Positions 1-12,400 of a stretch of 64,000 bases of DNA are shown here, piece after piece. The stretch lies in assembly GCA_965112155.1 (NCBI GenBank), contig OZ218114.1. One strand, written 5' to 3'. Within the stretch, counting starts at the first letter, position 1. The number at the start of each line of letters is the position of its first letter. Source of the DNA: Podarcis liolepis (lineage: Eukaryota). The notes below the pieces were generated by a model. That model saw only the letters and a program-made list of their open reading frames with translations. It ran no database searches and was not told the origin of the DNA. Made by a program: the position numbers and the translations under genes.

Positions 1-1299
1 AAATTGTGGTGGTCTCTACAAATAACATTCAGATTGGGGCAGAATCAGATGATGGTGACATGAATGCAGACAAGGATCCCTAAAATACTCCTTCTCTTCC
101 TCCTCCTATTGGGGGATAGGGTGGGCACCAGTGGTTGGCTGTTCAAATAAATGCTATACAAAGAATGACTCGGAAGTGAATGGGAGTATCTCTTGATTGT
201 TGCCCTGTATTTTGAAGTGCCTTTATACTGTCCTGATGCTAGAATTTGTAGAAATACCAGGCTCTTGAGGTAGTTTACCCAAATACTGTAACCTTGGCCT
301 CTCCTGGATCCTGTTTCAGTCTAAAATTGCAGGTAGGTGGGATGATTCCCTCTGAAGCTCTACTGTTTGGGCACCCTACAACAATATAAGTTTCCTAGCA
401 AAAACCCATTCTTCACTTTTTTATATGGTTTTTTAAATACCAAGTAGAATATGACTTAAAATAGCATATCCTTAAAGTACTGGGTGAAAATACTGTTTGG
501 CCATTAATTACTCCTCCCAGAAAGCTTAAAAGAATATGAAGGAGGCAAACTTAACTGGGTTGCATCCAGCCAGGTGTTCAGTGGCAAGGCAACCGCTGAG
601 AAAAGCCCTGCTCAGGCACCACTTCTAGTACTTGCCTTCTGAAATATTAGTTGCTTCCTAAGATGGAGTGGAGTCACTAATAGCAAGGGGGGTGGAATTG
701 TGAAACAAAGATTGATTTGTGTACCCACGTTAAATAGCCTTTGATCAACTAATGCTTCAATAATGTTTTGGTTGCCTAGCAGTGAGTGAGCATTAAACTG
801 GCCTTAGCTCTGTGCTCTCTGCATGACACCATTGACACGTTTATAAATGCAGCAGATTAGTGCTCCCAGCTGTGGAAGTGGTTTCACGACTTAAAAAAAC
901 AGCCACCAAACCTATCATGCTAATTCCTTGAAAACCAATGTGACTGGGCTGTTGGAAGGATAACTTTACTCAGCCTGCCTTGCTTTAAATATAACCTCAT
1001 TATTGCATGACTTTGTATTTAACTTTGTGTGGAAGTGCAGCAAACTATGGCTTTCCTTACTCTGGCAGGCCTGCTGGAGTACAGACCTTACAGGAAGAAA
1101 CATAGTGTGATGGATGAAGCTTGGTTGTTAATGAGCATGAGGTTTTAGCAGGTGTTTCTTTTTATGTGCTGTTGTACTGCAGCTTGCTCCTAAAAACAGT
1201 AGACCAGAACTCCAAATGAATATTTAATCCTTTTCCTAGTCAGGAGCACCTGAAGGCAAGTATGGCCACAGTCCTTCCAGTCTCCTGTGTTGCAAACAG

Positions 1300-1680
1300 G
1301 AGTGGAACATATTTGTCCATCAGCATTGCTAAACTGGGTAGAATGCCAAAAATACACATCTTGATCAAAATGTCCTGGTCTATATGGTAGTGGGACCCAG
1401 GAGGTGATTTCTCACTATACTGTCTGTATAAGATGTCTCTCCCTGGCAGAGAAAGTCCTATGGCTTCTTAGCGATGTAAATGCTTCACTGACTCTTTTTG
1501 CTTTGGCTGCCAAAAAGATCAGAAAGACGACCCTGGACAACATAGCGAATTGTAAGGGAAACACAGAGATCCAAATAAGAGACAATTATTTGTAGCGCGA
1601 CACCCCTTTTGTTTGCATTTATTTTTGATTCAGATTTGTCATGGCCAGGGGCTAGTACAATAAAGTTATTTGGATCGGAT
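1300..1680 (+). mobile_element. Decayed non-LTR retrotransposon 3' end (L2/CR1-superclade-like), probably extending further 5'
   Basis: Degenerate ORF2 C-terminus-like peptide (...SHYTVC...EKVLWLLSD...FALAAKKIR) followed by a tail containing AATAAA. Confidence 0.35.
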
Positions 1681-3280
1681 ATATGGTAGTGCCCCTTAAC
1701 AAGGCATCCTCAGTAAAGTTAGTGTGGGTTTTGATCCTTGAAATTTAGTGTCTTTTCTAGATCGAAAACTCCCAAGAAACATCGTCTTCCCTTTAGTCAT
1801 TTCCTGACTATTAATACATTAGCAATGTCCAGCTATATATAGATGTGGATCTGTGCCAAAGGAATGCCTCGGTTTTTAGAGAAAGATGAGCCTTAGTTGC
1901 AGAGTCTGATAGCAGACCAGGTGGCACAATGTGCTGCTTAATTATGCCAAATATGGGTTGTACCCATAGAGGTGGCAATCCTAGTTTTTAACGTCATTCT
2001 GCAGTTTGTGAGGAGGCTGTCAGAGTTAGCACTTGGGGCTTATGATCCAGGAAAAGAAAGGCAAGGGAATCCACCCCTTTCTGGTGAGTGCAGTCTGTAA
2101 GGATGTATATTCAGAGGTGCATGACTGGAGTGATGGCTCCCTTCCTTGCCCTTGTTTGGAACTACAGCACTCCACTTTCTAGGACTCCAAAGTTTTAAAA
2201 CAGAGGTGGGTAAGAATATTAATGTTTATAATGGAGTTGCTGTAGAATAACCCACCAGTTTGCTTGACAGCAAGGAATGCTCTCTGCTAGGGCCCAGGAA
2301 TCTGAATGTGCACCACAAACTAAGTACTGGCACAGCTTTACAAAGACTTGGGTCTCTGGTGCAGAGGCTTTCCAACCTCCCTCTCCTCCCCCCTCCCCCA
2401 CCTGTTTCCAGCTGAGAAATCACAGTATTGTTTCAGTGTAGTTGCTTAGCATCCCAGCAGGCAATGCCTACACGGAACTTAATTGTGGCTTGCTGGTGAG
2501 AGACCCCAGGATTGAGAGACCACAGAAGGGGATCGGAAGCAGCAACAACAGCACGGTAACACCGATTTCTGCAGCTCAGATTGTATTTAGCGGTGGCAAC
2601 CTCCCTGGTGGGCTTTGCTACATATCCGCTGTCTGCCACTAGAGAAGTCCATGGCAGAGAATAGAGTTTGTATTACCTTGGCCTGGTCAATAATGCTGTT
2701 GTTTGTGTGGTCCAACAGCAAAATTGAGTCTTGTTTTTGTTATGCCTGGATAATAACATCTATCTAGGGGTTGGACTACATGACCTGCTGGTCCGTTATT
2801 ATTTGCCCTGTGTTCCCCTTAACCAGTTCTGTTAAGTGCAGATGGGGAATTGCCCAGCACCCCAAAGTTTTCATGGTTACAAAGGGGGGTGTTGGATTTT
2901 CATGGATGAGCAGGCCCAGCCTTCAGCAATGGTGAAAGCAATATATGGACACCCAAACAGCACATTCAGTCCAAGGGAATCCATTCAGGCAAGTCCTTTG
3001 CTTAGCCTATCCCAGCCACAGAAATTTAAGAGTGAGTCACACCATCAGTCCAGCTAGGCCTATGCTGCTTAGTCTGCCAGGCTGTGGCTGTCTTTAAAGA
3101 AAGGCCAATATGGAAAATGTGGCCATTGAGGGCTTCGTCTGGTAACCACAAAGCCGAATACCCACCACCTTTGTTATAAGGCGTTGAGGGTGGCTTCCTT
3201 TTAGTCCCAGAATGGGTACATTAAGCTGAAGCAGGAGGTTGAACAAGTGATATTTCCCACTTAGCTCCAGCACAGCATGC

Positions 3281-3572
3281 GGGTAAAGGTAAAGGGACCC
3301 CTGACCATTAGGTCCAGTCGTGACTGACTCTGGGGTTGCGGAGCTCATCTTGCTTTATTGGCCGAGGGAGCCGGCATACGGCTTCTGGGTCACGTGGCCA
3401 GCATGACTAAGCCGCTTCTGGCGAACCAGAGCAGCACACGGAAATGCCGTTTACCTTCCCGCCAGAGCTGTACCTATTTATCTACTTGCACTTTGACATG
3501 CTTTCGAACGGCTAGGTTGCCAGGAGCAGGGACCGAGCAACGGGAGCTCACCCCGTTGCGGGGATTTGAACC
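3281..3572 (-). mobile_element. Sauria SINE, 5'-truncated
   Basis: (AAAGGT) tail = revcomp of (ACCTTT)n; core GGTCACGTGGCCAGCATGACTAAGCCGCTTCTGGCGAACC; similar to the copy at 52351. Confidence 0.9.
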
Positions 3573-3789
3573 AGATACGTCTGCCAAATTTGGGTTTCAT
3601 CAGCAAAGCTGGTGTGTGAATCTTTCCTTGCCCCCCCCCCCCCGCTAGAGGCAGAGGGGCAATTCGCACTGGTGCCAAGTGAAGAGAAGGGAGGGCAAAA
3701 GAGCAGCCTTACTAGAGGCGGAGAAGCGGAGACTTCCAGTTGCAAGGCAAAGCTGGCCTTGCACCCTTAGAAAGAAGAAAGGCCTAGCA

Positions 3790-5530
3790 GGGTGCGCCAC
3801 CAGGATGCTCTTTTCCCTAAGCGCCTTTTTTTGCTGTTTTGCCGCCAGGCTAAGTTTTGGCACGTGAGCGAGGCCACACCCGCGCCTGCTCTTGATCTGG
3901 GGCGGCCGCCTTGCAGCGCCTCCAGCCGCGCTGCACCTGCTGCCCTTGTCCCGTTGCAGGAGGCTGCCGCGGGCGGGCATCCTCGCAAGAGCGGCCGTAG
4001 GAGCAGCTGCTGCTCCTGCCGCCGCCGTTTGCTGCGGTCCCCGCCAGTGGCCACTGGGCGGACCAGGCGGCCGCAGTGAAGCCGAAGGCCCGCCCCAGCC
4101 GAGGGCCCCGCACCGAGCATGCCGCCCAAAGTTATGCCGCGCAGGCCGGCCGGGCTTTTGAGGTGTCCCGCTTCCCGGGCGGGGGCCCCGGCCCCTGTAT
4201 AGGCTCCGCTGTTATGCCGCGGATGCTGCGGCGAGCCATGGCTCAGGCGAGGCGCGGGGCGGCGCTCTGGCGGAGCCCCGGAACCTGGATGGGAGCCGCG
4301 TGTCTGCAGCGCCCCTAGGGGCGGGTTGTCCGCCAGGCAGGTTCCCGGGCGCGGCCCGGCCCCGCTCTCTGGCTCGTCGCCTCACAGTAAAGATGGCGCA
4401 CAGCGGTCGGTGGCGCTTCCCGGCCCGGCCCGGCAGCTGTGGCTGGGGCCGCCGCGGGCTCGGGGGCTGCCGCGTGCGGGTGCCGGCCGTGCGCAGCCTG
4501 CGCGGGGAGCCGCCCGAGGAGCGCCCGGCTGGCGGCGGAGGAGCGGCCGCGCCGGCGGGAAACAGCGGTGGAGGGGGCGGGGCGGGCGGCTCTTCCTCGG
4601 CCTCCGCCGCCGCCGCCCTCGGCCCGCCGCCTCCTCCGCCTCCACCCGCTGCTGCTCCCGGCTCGGGCGCCGCCGCTGCCTCCTCGGTAGCGGCGACGGC
4701 GGCCAGTGCCGGGGTGGCGCCGGGCTTCGACGCGGCGCTCCAGGTCTCGGCCACCATTGGCATCAACCTGCGCCGGTTCCGGGCGGCCTGCGGTGCTGAG
4801 GCGGGCAGTGGAGAGGTGAGGAGCAGGCGGCCGGGCGCGCGGGCGAGGGAAGGGGAGGGAGCGGGATGTGTGCGGCGGGGGGGGGGCTAGCGGGGGAGAC
4901 TTCCCTAGCACGCGCGCTCGCTCGCTCGCGTGTGCGGCGGGGGAAGAGAGAAGCGCGCGCGCACGCGGGGTGGCAGGAGATGGGGGGCGTGCCTGCGCTC
5001 GCGCCCGGCGGGAAACGAGCCGCCTCGGGATGGATGGAGCGGGAGAAGGCGGAGGCTTTCTTTAAACACCCCCCCCCTCTACAACCACCACCTCCCGGAG
5101 GGGATCCGCCCACCTCGTGCCCGCCTCGCAACCAGGAGCCTGGGCCGCCGCGGGAGACTTGACAGGCACGCCCACCTCGCCTCCCCGGGAGGAGATGCTG
5201 CTGCTGCTGCGCGCGAAGAACGGCGGGGCGGGAGAAGCAGCGAGCGAGCGAGGACGCCAGCGCCACCCTCCCCCTTCTCTCTCTCCTTGGAAGCATCCGC
5301 GCTTCTCGCCGGGGTGGGAGCGGGAGCGGCAAGGCCCGCTCGCACCTGCATTTCTGCCCGCTGGGAGGGGAAGAAGAGCTCTCCCCCCATCTCCCGACTA
5401 TCAAAGCCGCGGGGCCACGATCCTGCCTGCCTCCGCACTCCTCCTGCAGGGAAGCCATCTCGCCTCAGTTGCAATGCACTTTGTGTAGGGATGTGTCCTT
5501 GCCAGGCGCTCTTCTATCCGCTTGCCGGCT
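3790..5530. promoter_or_regulatory. CpG island / KMT2A promoter
   Basis: Abrupt very high GC and CpG density around exon 1; GC boxes; YY1-like AAGATGGCG overlapping the ATG. Confidence 0.9.
4393..4815 (+). CDS. KMT2A: KMT2A exon 1 (menin/LEDGF-binding N-terminus)
   Basis: ATG 4393; RWRFPARPG and [21 protein letters not shown]; donor GAG|gtgag; 423 nt. Confidence 0.97.
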
Positions 5531-6458
5531 TCCCTGCAAGCAAGAGTGTCTAGGTGGTCAGGCATCACTGGTTAAGGGAGCATATTTATCCTGGAGAAGA
5601 AGAGACTGACAGGAGATACGATAGCCATCTTCATATACCTAAAGACCTGTCAGGAGGCTAGGACCTGAATCAATGGCTTCAAGTTACAGTAAAGGATATT
5701 CCAACTAAACATCAGGAATAACTTTCTGACAGAGCTACAGTATTTGATAGTAGAACAGTCTCCCTCAGGAGGCGGTGGACTCTCCTTCCACCTAGGTTTT
5801 TAAGCAGAAGTTGAATGGCCATCTGTTATGTTTGATGTGGTTGAAATTCCTGCGTTGCAGGAGGTTGGACGATGATCCTCAGGAATCTCTTCCAACTCTA
5901 CAATTATATGATTCTATGGTTTTCTCTTTCTTCTGTTCAGTACTTTCCCTACCTTCCTATATCCCTGTAAAACAGGGATGTTCAATCTGTTGGCCTTTCA
6001 GATACTGGAATACAATACCATGGGGTATTTCTATTGCTTAGGTTGGGAGGCTGGCTAAGTAGCTTGCTTTGCAGCAGTGTTCCCCAATCTGATAGCCTCT
6101 AGAGCTTTTTGGACTACAACTCCTATCAGCCCCAGCCTGTATGGTTGTGCATAGTTGCAGTCCAAAAACATCTGGAAGGCTCCAAACTGAAGAAGGTTGT
6201 TATACAGTTGTCCCCCAAAATCATTCCTTATGGGAATGGCCTTAGATGCTCAGCGGTAGAGCATCTAGCTTGTATGCACAAGGTCCCTTGTTCAAGCCCT
6301 GGTGGCATTGGTAGGTAGGACTGGGAATGTTGCATGCCTGAAACCATGGAGAGCTCCTGCTATTCATTGTGGAGAATACTGAGCTAGATGGATTAAGTGG
6401 TCTGACAATATAAGGCCGCTTCCTATGTTTGTTTGTTTGTTTGTTTAGTTTAGTTTAG

Positions 6459-6491
<33 letters not shown>

Positions 6492-9400
6492 ATTTCTGTT
6501 TTGCCTTTCTTCCAAGGATAACAGAGTGGTTTACAATATAAAATCACACACTCTCTCTATATATAATATTTCATAACATATATTATATATAACACAATAC
6601 CAAACAAAAACAATAACCCCTCAAGTTTAAAAGTTTAAAAGGCCATAGATTGTTTGATTAGTCAAAGGCTGTAAACAGTTATGCAGCACTTATTTATTAT
6701 TTTACTGTGGTTGATACAACCTGCTGCTTACCTTCTCCTATCTAATGACAAGGCACCTGCCTCTGCTCCTCTTTGAATGAGCCTCTTGAGCAGTTTGAGG
6801 TAAGCCCTAGACAGTGCTAGGTGCTATCTCCCTCTTGAATTTAGCAGTTGGATGCAATAATTTTATGTAAACAGCTTTTAAATCAGGTCTTTTCCAGATT
6901 TATTTACATGTGAAAATGAGAAAGATTAGCTTCCAGGCCCAGACAATTGAACTTGGGTTTTTCATACATCCAGTCCCAACCACTTTATTGAGTATATTGT
7001 TCTTTCTTTTCTAAAGGAGTCCTTCAAATAAGCAGCTCTTTCAGTCATTACTCTTTTTTGGGAAAGTGGGGTTTTCAAGTGAAAACATTGTTAAAACAGC
7101 TGTGTTGCTATTAGGATAGCTGGAATAACCTGTCTGAGACATATTAGGGCAGTTACATATTTTAAGAAAAAAACTTTCCATTTTACATTTTTAAAATAAA
7201 CTTTGGACATATGCTCAGTAAAGTGGTCCTATTCAGAGACATAATATATTTGGTTTAACCAAATTGTGTAGATGTAGTAATTTTAAAAAAATATGTGGCC
7301 CTCTACTCATGTAAAATATGGAGCCCTAGTTATTTACAGATGAATCAGTACATATCAGTGCAGTGACACAAACCTGATAAGGAACCTTTATTGCAAATAT
7401 GTCACTTATTATCTTAGATCTTCCAGTTTGGATTTGTTTTATTCAGGTAGGACTTGGAGAAACTTAGACTGAAGTTGCCACTGGGATGCTTGATGTTGTC
7501 GCAACTTTTCTAAAATTAATTGCATGCAAAATGATTTGAATGACGGGGGCATGTCCCACTCATTTCAAATTATTTGATATTGATATCAGCATGCCACACC
7601 TTCCTTGGTGACAGAGATTTTGATGGTCTTGCATTTTTTGTTGTGGCAGAGCCTATTTCCTTTCTGAGGCCTTTCAGTGATGTAGCAGAGAATTGGCCAC
7701 TTAAGTGCTCTGAGCAGCAGAACAGCTTCTGTTCTCTTTCAGCAACAGATGTTATGACCCACATCTGTTTATTTCCCCCCCCCATAATTAAAACTTAAGT
7801 TTAAGAATGCTGAACTTGTTTCATACAACTTTAATGATGAAAAAATTAATTTTTGCTATTTCATCTGGGTTTTAAGTATTTGAGAAAGAAGCTTAGCATG
7901 TAAATGACATCTTAATTGCCTTTCTGGTACCCATCAGAGGTCTTTTAATGCTACTTTCTTTTTAGGCTATTCCATTGGGAATCTTATTAATTTTTTTGCA
8001 GCTGTTATGTTTTTCTTTTTTATTATCCTTATATGCTGTAATTCCCCCTTCAAAGTTCAACTGAAGGACAGGATATCAAACAAACAAGTAACCTAAAACA
8101 GTGGTGTCACTATTGCACTGTAACAGTGAATGGATCATAATTTTTTAGGAGGCAAGCTAAAGAACTTTATTGAAATCTTTGCAGGAAGGGATGGTCAGAA
8201 CTGTATTTGAATATATTTTTCATAATTTTGAAATTTTGCCACTCAGAATTGTACATTTTACACTGATGGCATAGCATCTTTGTTGCTTGGTATGTTGTAC
8301 TTCTGGTCAGCTGGTAGTATAATGTTCTCAGCTGGCGTCCGCTCTGGGTTTAGGGTGCTGCAGCCAGTTTCCTATCTTAGAGTGCCAAGCCAACGGATTG
8401 CAAAATAATAATAATATTGAGAAGATCCATTAAAAAGCAACTGTTCTAAAAGGAATATTTGTGAAAATAAGAAATACTAGGGGGGGATTTTTGTCCCTGC
8501 TTAGGGCACTATATTACCAAAGTCCACCTGACAGCATCCTGCATAATTAAACCTCAAAAGCTAAGCTCTTGGCTCCTGTGTTCTTGGCTCCTGTTAGTAA
8601 AACATCAGCCCCCAGTCTTCCCTGGAACCTCGAAGCTTGCTGTGTACAAAACACCTTCTCCAGCTCTGCAGACTTTGTTTCCAAAGAAGATCTTGGCACT
8701 TGGGGAACAGGGGAATATGTGACTGCCAAGTCAGTCTTTATCACTTGGGCTTATATTGACTTCTGCAAAAACAGTGCTTTATGGCAGACAAATGAAAGGT
8801 GCTACCTCTGTCCAATAGGAATTTGCTGGAGTTAAATTAATAGAGCACCTTTGAAGAAAGAGGAATTTATTTATTTGTAAAACTTAGGAGTTGCTCAAAA
8901 TAAAAACATCCAACATGAAGAGTATCTTGTCTTATCTTAAACAGGAGACTAAGAAAGCCAAAAGACTGTGTCCCCCCCCTTCCCCAAAAAAATAATTTCT
9001 CAAGGACATAATGGGTAGGGGCTCCCATTCTGTGCTGCTGCTACATGAGATTCTTCTGGGAAAGAGTTAAACTCGGCACATTAAACTCAGTGCTGGTTTA
9101 ATATAGTTATGTTTCTATGCCTAGTCAGTAGCACAACAACAATCAGTGGCACAACAACAACTGTGCAAACAAAAACAAAAATGTAATGACACTGACAGAA
9201 CTCCCAGAGTATCCGTAAAAGCTCTGGTGCCGTCCATCAATTGGTGATGAGATCCCCTCATTAGCAATGCACACAATGCACCAATCAACTTACAGGAACC
9301 AGCAGAAGCACTCTTTCCACCCCATAGTCATATTCTAGTTCCCAGAAATAGAGCACCTCCTCCAGTAAAGGCATCCCAGTGCTCAGCAATAAGAGGCTTC

Positions 9401-12400
9401 CCAGGAGTAAGGTTAAGTCTTGCTATGGGGCCAGCAATACGACACAGGCAACACAAGTAATGCTGCACAAGATATGTTTGTATTGTGAGGTGACGGGGTG
9501 TTTTTGGCAAAGAAGAGCCATGCAGACAAACAAGAATGGAAGCTATATCAGCAAGCTTACAGGAGGCCACCCTTTGAGCTGCCCAGGAGCAATGGGTTTG
9601 TGACCTCCACAAGGGGGGAAGCTTTAGATGTGGAAAAGGGTGAGGTAGCAGGACTAGGGCTGGGGCTTCCTGGACCAGAGAGGGATAACCTAACCCAGAG
9701 ATAACCAACACTGCCCTCCGGACATTAGTTGGACTACAACTCTCATCATCCTTGACCATGGGCTAAGCTGAGTGAGGCTGATGGGAGTTGGGAGTCTAGC
9801 AATATCTGGAGGGCACCACATTGGCTATCCCTGCCGTACTCACATAATGCAGGAGCCTGTAATTTAAAAAAACCCCTATGGTTGGGACATTTTGATCTTC
9901 TGGGGCCAAGCTCCTGGCACGTACCACTTCCTACCCCCCACTCCATCCATGAGATGTCTTCCACCCCAATCTTAAACGTGCCTATGTTGTGGCATTGCAC
10001 TGGTTAGCATACATGAGATCATGGGTTCAATTCCTGGTACCGGTCTGCTGGGTTAGACTCATACCAGACAGTGCAGCAACTGGAATTACTCTCCAGTAGC
10101 CCTGTTCAGATAACTGACTCATTCATGCCACAAGATACCCAGTCCTGACATCCGGTTCATTGACATACCCTTTTTGTTAGGATAATTACCAATGTCTGCT
10201 GACGATTTTCTCAAAGCACTGTTAGGACCCTCCAGAACTGAGTCCAGCTGCTACATTAATTATCACACCAGGAGTTACTGGGCTGGACATGGCTGGGAGG
10301 GGACTGAATTGCTATCTCCTCAGCAACCATGAGTGGGGTGGATGGATTTCCTGTCATATGATGAGACTGGGAAGCTGGTCAGGCAATGAAGGCAAGGTGT
10401 GCCAAAGCAGGCAGGGAGCTGTCCAGCCAAGGATTCAAGCTAGAGAAAGAAAAGGGTGTTGTGGCAGCATGCGATAGTTATTATAGCTGCCCTCTAGATC
10501 TGGAGTATGTTTCAGGTTTTTCCCCTTTGTCCTCCTGAGTAGGGCCCAGGGATGGTTGATCTCATTTTGCTAGATGTGTTGAACCATTTGCTCTGCCTTC
10601 AGTTCAGGTTCATCACTGTCTCTGCTGCTGGAGCAGGGGAGAAGGTGTCCAAGTGTCATTGGGTCTTCTGCCTTTAGATTCTCTGGGTGGGGTGTCCTTC
10701 ATCATGGCTGATGCAAGATGTTAATCAGGATATGCAGACCCTCCTTGGCCTGGGCTGGTGGAGTTTTTTCCTCTTTAGCACATGACAGCTGTAGGGGGTG
10801 CTGGTTCCTTATTTGTTAACTATCACAAGAGCAGAGGCACAGCTTTTGTTGAAATGTGCCAGTTGTGGAAGGGTTTAGGTGAATGGGCTCACCAGCAGTA
10901 TTGGTCTTGCAAGATTCCTGTGCTGTGCTCTTGAAAGCTGCATGACAGGTAGAGAAGTAACAAATGCAGAAGCTTCTATTACTCTGTCTTCATGCTGCAG
11001 ATTGCTGCACCCATTGCATGACTGTCTGTCACACAGACTGGGAAGGCAACAGAAGCTAGAACATTTTGATCTGTGGAACACCCTCTACAAATTCTGCCAG
11101 ATGCCCAGCTTATTAGAATCATAGGGTTAGAAGGGACCATGAGGGTCATCTAGTCCACCCACAACGCAGAGATGAGTCTCATGCTTTACTCACTGAGCTA
11201 TCCCAGGATGATGATGATGATTAATTCAGTTTATATACCACTCTTTATCCAAAGATCCAAGGGCAGTGTACAACATTAAGAAAACATTTTATGGAACGTA
11301 AAAATAAAAACATAACAAAAAGTATAATAATAAACAGCATAATAATAAAATAATCATAATAACAATGTCCCCCCCCCAAAAAAGCTTTATCAGGTTTTAA
11401 CTTGGCATAGACAATAAGCAGCCAATATCTGATTCTCTTACCATTTTATTGAAATGATAATTTAGCCATTGGTATGATGGTTTCCCTCTCTGATGCTTTT
11501 TCAGGGTGATAGCTGAATTGTGTTAACATGTTGTTTTGTATTGCCTTTCTTGAATACTGTATTGTTGATGTTTATGTATTTTAAATTTTATTGTAAACAC
11601 CTGGGAATAAATGCGTAAGCTTTTTAAACACTGGCTCCGCACTCCTTTGCACACCTGTGGGACCCCTTATCCTGCAGTCCCTGTTGAAGGAGGTTCCTGG
11701 GGTATGTTTGTGTCTGGACTCCAGGGGGAGTCTAGAAGTGTAAGGGTTCTGATAGAAGACTTAACATTATCCTTACTTTGTTATTAGTCTTGGCTGCTTG
11801 TTGTCTATTTCAAGTGATGGAGCTCCACTGTGTATGTCATTTATATATAAGTTGTGTTCCTTGCTGTTGCTTTGGCATTCTTTTGTGGCTGCACAGTTAG
11901 TTGGGAACCTGGGGACAGGAAGTGGGGGCAGTTGTTTTGGGTTGTCAGAAGCCGCTGGGCTGCAACCAGGAATCTTTGGATCTCTGAAGCTTTGGCCCCC
12001 AAATACCATTTAAAGACACACACTCTCTTTATTTGTATTTAGCTATTGATCTTTGTTTTTATTATTTATAGGTTTTTTAAAAAAAAATTAGGGTGGTTTT
12101 CTTTTATTTCCTACCTTTTATCCACTTACACCAAAAAGTGATACATAAAGATTAGAAATCAGGAAACAGGGAAGAAGACTTATCCTTTGTGATGGAAGTT
12201 AATCCTTTAAGAGAGGAAAGTCTGCCAGGACTCTAGATGGATCTTGGGAGAATTATCATTTCTGCATAACTATTTGAATCATCTGAAAAAACTTAATTAG
12301 TGAAAGGTTTGCATGCTGTTATTATTAGCATTATAATTTATTACCCATCTTCATTGCAGCTATTAAAACACGATGTTAAAAATATTTTAAAACAACTTAA

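Noticed and set aside
1568-1676. 11-bp inverted repeat GATCCAAATAA / TTATTTGGATC
   Set aside because: About chance expectation in 64 kb; no TSD; lies within a probable LINE remnant.
1-3280. Expected upstream neighbour ATP5MG/UBE4A
   Set aside because: No recognisable exons; the region looks like decayed repeats and intergenic DNA.
3645-5553. Many overlapping 100-230 aa ORFs on both strands
   Set aside because: Expected in a very GC-rich CpG island (few stops); low-complexity peptides with no recognisable domains.
6232-6310. tRNA-like A and B boxes
   Set aside because: Continues into a SINE body and tail; no intact cloverleaf. The same applies to the Sauria SINE heads.
9126-9161. Short tandem duplication of ~18 bp (CAGTRGCACAACAACAA)
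   Set aside because: Only two copies with no spacers; ordinary slippage, not an array.
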